Source: Octopus bimaculoides (Eukaryota). From it: a DNA stretch of 46,616 nt. Below, in pieces: positions 34,946 through 46,616 of the stretch. The stretch's first letter is position 1; every line of letters begins with the position of its first letter. Position numbers and translations under genes: made by a program. Where the stretch lies: NCBI RefSeq assembly GCF_001194135.2, contig NC_068992.1, positions 45,118,002 through 45,164,617 on the forward strand. Reading direction: 5' to 3'. Under the pieces are notes generated by a model. The model did not search any database and was not told the origin of the DNA. It was given only the letters and a program-made list of their open reading frames with translations.

Positions 34946-37444
34946 TTTGGTTCTTTTGCAGGTTCAAAGGCAAGCAAAAGTTGTAACAATACATGTACAT
35001 TTTCCCTTCATCTATTAATACTTACTACATCAACATAAGTATCTTTGAAGTTCACTAGCCGCATTAATCTTTTTAATAGTTATTTTTAATTGTCAATTTT
35101 AAATTTTAATTTTTAACTCTTAATTTTAAATATTTTCCTTTCTCCTTAAGTTAGTCATCTATTTCTAGCATTTTAACTCTCTTTGCCGACCACTAAACTA
35201 AGGTTTCCTTCTGACCACACTGAATCTAGAATTCATCTATCTAGTTAATTACTCTTTAATAGCCATAAATGTCTTCCTCCTCCACATTACCAAAACCTTA
35301 ACCCTTGACCTCTCACCCTGAACCTACCCTGATGAAGAATAATATTAGCCCTTTTATCTTTATTTTTATTTTACTTTCACTCTTATTCTTCTATTACCAT
35401 TATTTATCCTTTTCCTTTCTCTTCTCTCTTCTCTTCACTCACTCGCAACCCTGCCTTTCTCTCTGATCCATCTGTCCCTCTCACACTGCATACCCATGTG
35501 GACCATTTTTTCCACAAGCTAACCACTTGATCTATTTCCTCCAATCGGAATGTAACATTCAAAATACTGCCTGGAATTATACTTAATTAAACTATAGGTC
35601 TACTGGTTCAATGATAGTCTAGAATCTAAACAGTTATATAAAGACAAACTGATCAGAGTTGAATAAAGAGCAATGAATTCTGCCTTTAGATAAGCCACAC
35701 AAGGTTTATTGAAGCAGAAATGGGGAAAACTAGACGACAACTAACAACCTATCCAGGTGGAGTAGTGTCATTGTGGAAACTGTGATATGTTTTGATAACT
35801 CCCATAACTTAAGCGAGTTGTTGCAGAAAAAACAACAGGAGCAATATAACATATACAGACATCCATTTATCAATTAACATTTAGAAAGTAGTCTCCTTAC
35901 TGCTTAAAATACTTTCCAACCAATCAACATGAAAAACCTGTTCCCATTAAAGATATCATGTACCTATAATAATAAAGTGTGTCTAAACACACACACATAC
36001 ACATTTGTGTGTAAACACATGTATGTAAACACACACCTACACACAAAGATATATATATATATATAGATATATATAGATATATACAAGTCAGTAAATAGTG
36101 GGGTTGTGTTAACCGCACGTGGAGAAATAATAGGAAAATGAAGAATAAGGCAGAATGCTAAATTGGAAGCATGTTTTAATAAAAGATTTCTAACTGGCTT
36201 TCATTGCGAAGCAAATTTTCAAGAAGGAGAATGAAAATGTTTTTTACAAAGAAGTACAAAATGAAGAAAATAATATATAAAAAAAAATAATATACAAAAA
36301 AATAACTATACCAATACATTATATTGTCTTTGAGCTTTTGAAGTTCAATGGCAGTTCATGTATATAATGGTTGGAAAAATAAGGATGCAGGAGAATTGAG
36401 TGTTGTGTTAAAAGTTTGTGTTAAGCAGGAAGTATGGTGTCAAAACAGGNNNNNNNNNNNNNNNNNNNNNNNNNNNNNNNNNNNNNNNNNNNNNNNNNNN
36501 NNNNNNNNNNNNNNNNNNNNNNNNNNNNNNNNNNNNNNNNNNNNNNNNNNNNNNNNNNNNNNNNNNNNNNNNNNNNNNNNNNNNNNNNNNNNNNNNNNNN
36601 NNNNNNNNNNNNNNNNNNNNNNNNNNNNNNNNNNNNNNNNNNNNNNNNNNNNNNNNNNNNNNNNNNNNNNNNNNNNNNNNNNNNNNNNNNNNNNNNNNNN
36701 NNNNNNNNNNNNNNNNNNNNNNNNNNNNNNNNNNNNNNNNNNNNNNNNNNNNNNNNNNNNNNNNNNNNNNNNNNNNNNNNNNNNNNNNNNNNNNNNNNNN
36801 NNNNNNNNNNNNNNNNNNNNNNNNNNNNNNNNNNNNNNNNNNNNNNNNNNNNNNNNNNNNNNNNNNNNNNNNNNNNNNNNNNNNNNNNNNNNNNNNNNNN
36901 NNNNNNNNNNNNNNNNNNNNNNNNNNNNNNNNNNNNNNNNNNNNNNNNNNNNNNNNNNNNNNNNNNNNNNNNNNNNNNNNNNNNNNNNNNNNNNNNNNNN
37001 NNNNNNNNNNNNNNNNNNNNNNNNNNNNNNNNNNNNNNNNNNNNNNNNNNNNNNNNNNNNNNNNNNNNNNNNNNNNNNNNNNNNNNNNNNNNNNNNNNNN
37101 NNNNNNNNNNNNNNNNNNNNNNNNNNNNNNNNNNNNNNNNNNNNNNNNNNNNNNNNNNNNNNNNNNNNNNNNNNNNNNNNNNNNNNNNNNNNNNNNNNNN
37201 NNNNNNNNNNNNNNNNAATACATATACATATTCTTTGATAATAATAGAAAATGTTAGAAACAGTTTAAGTATCAAAATACATATATACATTCTTTGATAA
37301 TAATAATAAGAATATGTTTGAAACAGTTTACAACATTGTTATAACAAAAAGGATTTGGTAAAATATGTATATATATATATACCCAGGAAATATATTTAAG
37401 AGTTCGCAAAAAGTTGAGGAGGAACTGACCTAGCTTTTTTCTCT

Positions 37445-37492
<48 letters not shown>

Positions 37493-38257
37493 CAGATGTA
37501 CTCTACTTTATTGTCTTAAAGGCAATAGATTAGAACAGTTGTCTATAAACATTGGTCAACAGAACATGTTAGAGACGTTAGCAACAAGACACAACATTAG
37601 TGTCACCTATATACACAGATAACATCAATTCAACAAAACAAAGATTACAACGTTTTGTTGGGTTCTTTTATACTTTTTCTTTTTAAATAAAAACTGGTAA
37701 ATAAAATAGATAAATTAAATAAATAGAGCTAAAACATAATAAAAACTGCAAGTAAATGTCGCAGAAAATGGCCTTGTGTTAGGAGAATCAATGTATAAAG
37801 CTGTGTTAGGAGAAAGTCATGTACAGGAATATTATAACTGCTAAGATCAATACTCCAGTTCAGTGTATTGCATGTACATACAAGCCTGGATTAAAGATCA
37901 GCTTCTGGGTTGTTCTTTATTTTTGACTGGCTTTTAGCTTAGAAAGTCTCCAGAAGCTTTATAAACTTGGCCTGTATTTTCTTGATAGCATTGCCATTTA
38001 TTGTTCACAGCGACATAAATAACTAATGATATTCTATTTGGTAAAAAGTCCCTGCTACTGGTATAAACATTACCCAGAAAGCTAATGGAAGCATATACTC
38101 CTGATGGTGGCATAGAATTGATTTAACTATCAAATATCTGTAAACCTCCACCCCCTCACCACCAACCCTACTGTAAAACAAACCTTCGTGCAAAGACAAT
38201 TGAGAGAGAAAGAGTAAAAGAATGAGTGAATATGTGTGATTGATTATATATATATAC

Positions 38258-38294
<37 letters not shown>

Positions 38295-38614
38295 NNNNNN
38301 NNNNNNNNNNNNNNNNNNNNNNNNNNNNNNNNNNNNNNNNNNNNNNNNNNNNNNNNNNNNNNNNNNNNNNNNNNNNNNNNNNNNNNNNNNNNNNNNNNNN
38401 NNNNNNNNNNNNNNNNNNNNNNNNNNNNNNNNNNNNNNNNNNNNNNNNNNNNNNNNNNNNNNNNNNNNNNNNNNNNNNNNNNNNNNNNNNNNNNNNNNNN
38501 NNNNNNNNNNNNNNNNNNNNNNNNNNNNNNNNNNNNNNNNNNNNNNNNNNNNNNNNNNNNNNNNNNNNNNNNNNNNNNNNNNNNNNNNNNNNNNNNNNNN
38601 NNNNNNNNNNNNNN

Positions 38615-38653
<39 letters not shown>

Positions 38654-39369
38654 GTGAATGAGAGGAAGAAATCTATATGGCTGAAAGGTTTTTATGCTAA
38701 AATAGTGTAATTATTGTGCAAGTTAGGAAAGCGATAGTAAATCTTGACCTCCAGGAACATGTATTGAGAACAGTGGCTTTTTAATCTGACAAGAATATAA
38801 ATTACTCGGTGAAAAGGCTGATGGCAGGGACACAAGCAAAATTCCAGTATACAAGTGAAATAATGGTTGCTGTGACTCAGACATTTACACAGTTACGGTT
38901 CAATATATCAACTAACTAATTGATATTATAAAAGTGCTCACCGATGTTTTCTAATCAATTAATTTTCTTCCCAATATTTAAAGCTGATGAGGGGCAGTGA
39001 AGCAGCGGAAATGGCAGCTGACCAAATTAAAGTATAGAGTAGACAGTATTTAGTTTTGGACGAGAACATTCCATGTTCAAATTCTGCTAGAGATGACTTT
39101 CATTGTTTATTGACCTGTATGTTTGGTGGGAAGGTGGGGAGGAGGTGAAAGGAGCATTAATCACCATAATTATTATATTAATTAATACAGTCGAGACAAC
39201 GATTAACATTATAATTTAAAATTCTATCATATCTGATTTTTGTCTTTTATTCTGTTCAACTTCATCAAATGTGTGGGGCCAAGGTGGGAAGAAATAACAT
39301 TCAAGAACTGGGGGAAACAACTATATTCCACAGGTAGTCCATTACCTAAACTATTGGGCCAATACTCTT

Positions 39370-39960
39370 CAATGGATAGTCGCATACCTCTGCTATTGGT
39401 GTTATACACACTCTTCAATAGATAGTTCAATACCTGTATTACTAGTGCTCTATGCCACAATAGATAGTTCAATATTTCAGTTATTGGTGCTATCATAGAC
39501 ACAGCACACCAACCACACTACCATGAAAAGTAATGACGGAGTTGGTCGTAGCGGTAGTGTTAACAGAGATAATGAAAATGGTGTTGAAAACAATACACAT
39601 TAAAAATTATTTTCAAACTGTTAAAGTCTAAATTCAAACTCTGCTAAAATTGATTTTGTTTTTGTTGTTGTGAGGTGAATAAACAAGTAGCAAAGGTAAA
39701 CATCAGTACACTCTACCTCGAAGACAACAATTGCATTATATTTTCCACCGCCACAGATGATATCTGTACCATATATTCCATATATATGCCACCTCAATAG
39801 ATGACACATTACATATTCCATCTCCACAGATGTGATATCATACGTTCCATCTTTACAGATAACAGCTGTACTATATACACTATCTCTACAGATGACATTT
39901 ATATCATATATTCCACCTCTACATATGGCAGTCGCATTATAAATTCTGGCTCTACAGATC
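39370..39960. repeat. Two diverged minisatellites (39370-39500 tcaatagatagttcaata; 39740-39960 tacagatgatatc)
   Basis: Recurrent short units. Confidence 0.55.
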
Positions 39961-40104
39961 TGGGTTTTACACAATTATTTTTAAACTGATTCAGAAGAAA
40001 TTTTCCAGTAATCTCAGGAATTTATAAACTACAAAACTATCATTTGAGCAAATCACAATTTATTTATAATTATTATTACTATTATCATCATCGTTATTAT
40101 TATT

Positions 40105-40770
40105 AGGTGATGAGATAGCAAAATTGTTAGCATGCCAGGCAAAATGCTTAGCAGCATTTCATCCGTCTTCACATTCTGAGTTCAAATTCCACTGTGGATT
40201 GCTTAGCTTTCATCCTTTCAGGGATGGTAAATGATAAAGTACCAGTTAAGCACGGAGGTTGATATAATCAACTTGCTCACTCCCGCGAACTTGTACCAAA
40301 ATTTGAAATCATCATCATCAACATTATTATTATTATATAAAGGTGGCGAGCTGGCAAAATTGTTGGCATGTCAGGCAAAATGCTTAGAGGCATTTCTTCT
40401 GGCTTTACATTGTGAGTTCAAGGTTGACTTTGCCTTTCAACCTTTCAAAGTCAATGAAATAAGTATCAGTTGAGCACTGGCAATAATGTGATTGACTAGC
40501 CCTCTACCCACAAACACCAGGCTTCGTGTCTATCATCTAAAGACTTATTAAATGCAGCAAGCTGGCAGAATTGTTAGCATGTCAGGGAAAATGCTTAATG
40601 ACATTTCTATCTACTCTTTAACTACTGAGTTCAAATAACACAGAGGTCAACTTTGCCATTCATCTTTCAAGGATGATAAAATACAGACCAGTCAAGTACT
40701 AAAGTCAATGTAATCAACTTAACCCCTTCCCTAAAATTGCTAGCCTTGTGCCAAAATTTGAAACAATTTT
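40105..40770 (+). mobile_element. Three head-to-tail SINE family B copies
   Basis: The head (g)agctggcagaattgttagcatg.caggcaaaatgctta...gagttcaa recurs at ~40110, ~40345 and ~40557, separated by (ATT/ATC)n. Confidence 0.8.
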
Positions 40771-41883
40771 TTAAAATTTTTTGATGAACAGTGGTTTAAT
40801 AAAACTATCAAAATTTTATTATTAACAGGTTTTTCTAGATGAAAAAAATTATTCGGGTTTGGATCTTGTTAACATTAACAAGTTTACCTCAGTAGCTGGT
40901 AGGGACAAATGGTCTGCTTTAAACATTATTTTTCTTTTTTTTGGAAATTTATCATGTTTACGATAATTTTCAATATGACTTCCTGTACAAGAAGAGCAAT
41001 AAGAGATAATAACAAGAAAGGGAGTAGCACTCAATATGTTCCTTTGAAAGAAAACAGCTAGTTAATCTTTAAACTAAAGAATACAAATTTTAAAAGAAAA
41101 TGGAAAATGATGATAAAACAAACAAAAAGATTACCAAGTCAGACAGATTTCAAAAGCTGAAAACACAAATATACAAAATAAGCAAACATAACAAGACACA
41201 CTGAAACACACACACATGCACATACATGTACACAACAAACATACACACACATATACAAAGCAACAAAATGACTGAATAGAAAAGGCAACAAAACGATTGA
41301 AAAAGTAGCACTGAGAAAACAAGGCAAGCATTTCCAGCTTCATTAAAGCTACTTTAAACAGATAGCCCTAAATATCAATTATCTGGACAGAGACATAACA
41401 AGAGGGAGTGCATTGATACTTCAGTCCAGAAAATTATATATCTACATTTTGCAAAACACAGGGTCTTTTCATATGCCCCAGAAAGAGCAATTTCAGGCAA
41501 GCTAAGGTGATGGGTTAGGGTTTTGCTATCTGTCATTATCAAAAAAGAAACAGTGAGATCATATGTGCAATATTCCAGACAGACACCAAACAGATGAAGC
41601 TTGTGCATTATAAATCTATCCAGAAAACCATTTTCCATGGGACTATAAACACATAATTAATGGTAAAGGATATTGGTAAAGACACTGACCATTGAATTAC
41701 TGTCACCTTCATAGAACATATATAGGTGGACGGTCAGTACTGACGGGAATTTTGGTGACATGATGCTTATATGGATATATAAGAGCTAATTACCCCACAA
41801 ATTACTAAACAATTCCATAGTTGTACCTTGTAGTAGATGTAAGAAGAAAAAGTTTTATTGCTGGTCATTCAGTGGGTAGATAA

Positions 41884-42108
41884 CCCACCTGCTACATATG
41901 CAGCAGTAAAGATCATCTAAAAGCAGGAAAAGTTCAAAAAGAGCAAGTTAAGGAGGTTGCTGTACCAAGGAGAACAACTGGTACAGTTCTGGAAGCATCA
42001 AAGGAGATTGCCACATCTTTAGTTCTAAGAAATGAGCAGAACACTGAGGACCCAATACCAACCATAATAAACACCATCAACCCATTGTCTTGTGATAATG
42101 AAGAGTAA
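41884..42108 (+). mobile_element. Probable LINE ORF1 relic (L1/Tx1-like) with a degenerate zinc knuckle; the decayed region likely spans ~41400-42250
   Basis: Open frame PTCYICSSKDHLKAGK... (CX2CX4H with the last Cys lost) followed by a charged, low-complexity tail. Flanking frames are full of stops. Confidence 0.45.
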
Positions 42109-42429
42109 ATAGAAAGCGAACAAGGTTGGCAGATTGGTAAATGGGAATGACAAAGAAAATAAAACACACCCAAAAGACAATATATCTCAAGAGAAGGGAA
42201 GCAAAAATCAATGCAAAGAAGTCCCAAGAAGACCCCATGTTGAATCAAGGTTCATAAGTTTTCACAAACTGACGAACTGATAGAATTAATAACAGAAACG
42301 AAATAAAAAAAAAAAGGTAAAAAAAACTTGGAAGATGAAGGAAGTAGCAATGTGTGATATTACTGAGGATCTGCACCTGAATTATACACAGCCAGAGGAA
42401 GCTACATGAGCAGTCTCTGAATTATTTCT

Positions 42430-42650
42430 ATACAATTTCTAATAGGATGTTGGAGATTTAATACTTTCTGATATCAAAGTTGCTCACAGGTACCACTGAG
42501 TATAACAGTTTTGAGGCATGGCAGATCCACTCACAAGCCCTTGGTTAGTCCAAAGCCTTAATAAAAGACACTTGACTAAGGTGCTGCACAGTGAGACTGA
42601 ACCTTAGACCACATGATTTGGAAGCAAACTTCGTAACCACACAGCCACCT
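42430..42650 (-). mobile_element. SINE family A, diverged 5' part
   Basis: Reverse complement of the head: gactgaacc...accacacagccacc. Confidence 0.6.
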
Positions 42651-43176
42651 TTGCACAGTAAGACATGATAATGTGTTAGCAATGTGTGATAATACGCGGT
42701 AATATGTGTAAGTATGCATAGAACTGAAGTAACATGGACAACTACTCAGAACTAAAAACAAAACTATAAATATGTCTTGTAAACTGTGCTACATATTAGT
42801 GTGTTGCAAATTATATTTCCAATTTAGCAATTATATTGATCTAAAATAATAATTAATGCACAACAACTGGTGCATTCATATATGCAACAGGTGGAAATGC
42901 AGGTGGTGCAGCAAGCAGAGCTGATAGGATGCTGCCAAGTGAAGTGAAGCAGAGTCATTCATATAAACAATATTGATATTCTGTAACAGAAAGGGAAATG
43001 GGTGGGGGTGGAGGGGTTAGTGCCTTATACATGATCGACAAATAACGAGAAGTATTTAAGAGAAAGTCAAACCTCTTTAATTTATGACAACAAATCATGT
43101 AAAATATTTACATAGGAGAAAAGATATTAATGAGGTAGAATAGATATTGTGTAAAGTATAGTGCTGCTGAAGTCCT

Positions 43177-43236
<60 letters not shown>

Positions 43237-43887
43237 ATAAGCAGAGTAAGGCAAAACAGGCACTGTACAGATTCGTCTGTGTCTGGTGTGCTTGTGTGTA
43301 TGCATGTGTGCACATGTATGTGTGTGCTCATGTGTATAGGTCAATCTGTATATGTGTACCTATATATAAGTGTCTCTGTGTGTGTTCCTACATTAAAATG
43401 TTTATATGTCTGTGCATGTATGTATACCTAGATGTAAATGTGTATATTGGTAATCATGTCAAATGTTAATTAAATGTCTAATTAATGTCAAAAATAGTTT
43501 TGAAATATCTGAAATGAGTTATTGCTAATAGGATTATAATTTTTCAGAATATTACCGTAAGCTTAGGTTGTAATCCAGCCTGGTACTAAAGAGGACTAGT
43601 TCTAATCTAGTCTGAGGCTGTGAACATATCCAGGTGTAAGACATTTGATATTGATGAGATATTACACTAAATGAAACAGTGTAGATAGACGCTAGGTATA
43701 CATGCTAGGTGTGTGTAGATCGAATTCAGAATGGCATTGTGTACACATCAAGGATTAATTTATCTAATGACAATAGAAGTTAAAATCAATTGAAGTAAAA
43801 TATAGGTGGAAACATGCTCTAAATATTACTGGTTGTAATCCAATCTTTTGATACCAACGTGCCTAAGACCACCCCAAGTTTTATAAC

Positions 43888-44198
43888 AAACTTACTGTTC
43901 TATATTTAAGAGATGAGGAATTATGTACATTATTTACTTTATTTACAATTGACGGATATTTGTCCTCATCTTGTTTGTTGCTAACATGTTTCAGCTGATA
44001 TACCCTCCAGCCTTCATCAGGTGTCTTGGGGAAATTTCAAACCACGGTACTCATTCCAAAGGTATTTTTCGATATTGTTGTTGTTATTATTATCATTATT
44101 ATTATTATTATTCAGGTCACTTCCCACAGGCATATGGCATAGTGGTTAAGAGCACAGGCTACTAACCCCAAGATTCCTAGTTTGATTCCAGGCAGTGA

Positions 44199-44243
<45 letters not shown>

Positions 44244-44399
44244 CATGGAAAAATACCTTAGGAATGAGAACCCAGGTTTGAAATTTCCCCAAGACACCTG
44301 ATGAAGGCTGGAAGGTATATCAGCTGAAACATTGTGTTAACAACAAACAAGATGAGGACAAATATCCGTCAAATTGTAAATGATAAACTTACTGTTCTA
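43888..44399. mobile_element. Fold-back element: tRNA-like core between inverted ~185-bp arms, each carrying a hammerhead motif; 15-bp flanking direct repeat AAACTTACTGTTCTA
   Basis: Arms 43941-44121 and 44194-44381 are reverse complements, including (ATT)n/(AAT)n tracts. The core 44122-44193 has an A-box (TGGCATAGTGG) and a B-box (GTTTGATTCCA). Direct repeat at 43888-43902 and 44385-44399. Confidence 0.75.
44293..44338 (+). ncRNA. Degenerate minimal type I hammerhead motif (mirror copy on the minus strand ~43985-44025)
   Basis: GACAC-CTGATGA-A-GGCTG(gaaggtatat)CAGCT-GAAA-CATT-GTGTT. Helices I and II form. Helix III reads ACAU rather than palindromic ACGU, so this copy is probably inactivated. 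Confidence 0.6.
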
Positions 44400-44959
44400 A
44401 AGTGGTCTAAATAATGAACTTCCATCAAAATTTCATGTTAATTTATTTCAGCCCCCAGCTTAATAATGAGAATATTTTACTACATTCTTCATTATTCTAA
44501 AAATTAAATTGAAACAAAGGCAGCATATGTTAAGAGAAATATGGTAACAAAAGGGATATACTCCTGGCATAGCAGCACTACAACATCCTTGGGCCTATTT
44601 AGCAGGCCAAGTCTCAGAGACCCTGAAAAAATAAAGGGTCATAGAAGCAGCCTTCCCTCTTTAAATAAGGATTAAAAACAATACAGCAAACAACTTACTT
44701 CATAGCCAGGAATTCAGTTTTCTGGGGTTTCTGTAATGTTTCCTGGAAATGCCTCAGGCTACTTGGTTGACAAACAAGTTACACACCTACTACTTAGTTA
44801 TGAGGACATTGATAAGGATGTAATCCAGCTGTGAAAAGAAAAAACAAGTATTTCAGGAATGGTCAAATATCAAAATTTTGAAAGATCATTCCATAAAATA
44901 TATATGTAATAGATATAGGACATAAACAGGTGCAGGAGTGGCTGTGTGGTAAGTAGCTT

Positions 44960-45374
44960 GCAATTTGAGGAGAGAGGCTAAGTTGATTACATCAACCCCC
45001 AGTACTTGAGAAGGATTTTATTTTATTGACCCCAAAACATGAAAGGCTCAGTTGACCTTGGCAGGATTTAACCATAGAGTCGGAAGAAATGCAACAGTGT
45101 TTTGTCCAATGCACTAATGATTCTGCTAGCTTACAACTTAAATAATAATAATACTAATCATCTTTTCTACTGAAGTAACAAGGCCTGAAATTTTATGGGT
45201 GGGAGCAAGTCGATACACTGATCCAAGCTCTTAACTGGTGCTTAGTTCAACAAAAAGATGAAAGGTAAAGTTGACTCCAACAAAATTTCAACTCAGAACA
45301 TCAAGAGGAATTAAATGCTGATTAGCATTTTGTCTGGTGTGCTAATGATTCATTCAACTCACCACCATAATATC

Positions 45375-45413
<39 letters not shown>

Positions 45414-45725
45414 CCTTTCTATGATAGACACAAGGCCTGAAATTTATGCGGAGTGGGTTAGTCATTTTATCCAGCACGCTAACAATTCGGTTATCTAACC
45501 ACCATAATGACAATAATGGTTTCAAATTTTGGCACAAGGTCAGCTTTGGGGGAGGGTGCACATCAATTATATCAACCCCAGTGATCAGTAGGTACTTATT
45601 TCATCGACCCTGAAAGGATGAAAGGCAAAGTGGACCTAAGAATTTAAACTCAGAATGTAAAGACGACCAAAATGCTGCTAAGCATTTTGCCCATACTGCT
45701 AAACATTTTTCCAACTCACCACCAT
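44960..45725 (-). mobile_element. Cluster of 3-4 SINE family B copies
   Basis: Repeated reverse-complement segments (caacccc.agt...gaaagg.aaagttgac...aactcagaa...aaatgctgctaagcatttt) separated by (AAT)n and ending in (GAT)n. Confidence 0.75.
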
Positions 45726-46495
45726 GATGATGATGATGATGATGATGATTCACATGAATATGGTAGGGATGTAAGTGTTGTATTGGGTTATTACTTTTTT
45801 TTTTTTTTTTTCAATGTATAAAATAAGGAAGATATAGAAAGACATATAGATAAAAGAAATGGAACACAGCTGTTCTTAAGACTAAATAAGTAATATTCTG
45901 GAAAGGTTTTCCTGCTGGAAGCCAACAGATATTCTATCAAAGAGAAGATTTCTTTTCCCATCTTCTAATCACCATGGAACCACACTTAAACACTGGTTCC
46001 TACAACGAGTCTTTCACAGACTCAAAGAAACCTTGGCACTTTGATTTACAGCAGAACCAAGATGATATACTCCCAAAAGGTTTTGGCTGTTCTGAGAAAC
46101 ATGGTTATAGTTGAAACAACACCAAGAATGTCATAAACCTGACTAAATATACTGCAATCAGTTTAATATGTGAAAAACAAGACTTGTCTGTCTATTGTTA
46201 TGGAGAGGAATTTTAACAAAAGGTGAGGGAAAAAGAATTTATTTTCATTGAAATAAGATTTTCTCCATCCTTTGTTTCTCATTTCATTGGCCTGGTGTTT
46301 TTAACAAATAAATATTATCACTGCACGCTACCAAGAGAATCGGGAATAACACACACATGCACGCACACACACACACACACACATAAAAATACACATAGAT
46401 ATACACATACAAATACAGGCACGAATATGTAAATATATACACACAATGTTTACATACATACAATTACATTTCTGCATGTATCTCTCTCTCTCACT

Positions 46496-46534
<39 letters not shown>

Positions 46535-46616
46535 CATATATATACATATATATGTATATATATATATACACATACATATATATATATATATATACACATA
46601 CATATATATATATATA

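Noticed and set aside
36185-36230. Minus-strand TTGAAAA-TTTGCTTCGCAAT-GAAA as a U3-A8 hammerhead variant
   Set aside because: A helix II hairpin exists, but there is no NUH at the expected place and no helix I pairing.
36348-37297. Long ORFs of 114-349 aa in the ORF track spanning 4433-5002, 6841-7317, 11398-12447, 36348-37297 and 38236-38710
   Set aside because: Artefacts of N runs translated as X.
44122-44193. Functional tRNA gene
   Set aside because: The acceptor and T stems do not pair properly and the B-box is mutated. It is a tRNA-derived repeat head.
2700-46603. Many short ORFs rich in CV, HT, YI, poly-I/L/Y/D
   Set aside because: Translations of (TG)n, (CA)n, (TA)n, (ATT)n and (GAT)n microsatellites.

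Overview
AT-rich, microsatellite-dense eukaryotic genomic DNA with six N gaps. The repeat content resembles an octopod cephalopod (inference from SINE-like repeats). I reconstructed one spliced protein-coding gene on the minus strand by hand: five phase-consistent coding exons (18969-19014, 15485-15520, 14547-14652, 9635-10763, 683-920; 518 codons seen, 3' end unresolved). It encodes an N-terminal C2 domain of the Rab11-FIP type, two NPF motifs and a Sec5/EXOC2-like IPT/TIG domain, and its start codon is overlapped by a 53-codon uORF with two CxxC motifs. The rest is introns or intergenic DNA holding SINEs, a ~2 kb Helitron with both termini, a Tc1/mariner deletion derivative, CR1-like and L1/Tx1-like LINE relics, a Penelope-like GIY-YIG relic and many minisatellites. 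The most striking non-genic signals are two distinct hammerhead-ribozyme-bearing elements, each flanked by a 15-bp direct repeat. One is a 259-bp, hairpin-rich, tandemly duplicated retrozyme-like unit with a minimal type I hammerhead (32750-33339). The other is a fold-back element with a tRNA-like Pol III head between inverted hammerhead-containing arms (43888-44399). There is also a perfect 103-bp inverted repeat around a CpG-rich segment (21299-21960). All homology calls are by eye; no database search was run.
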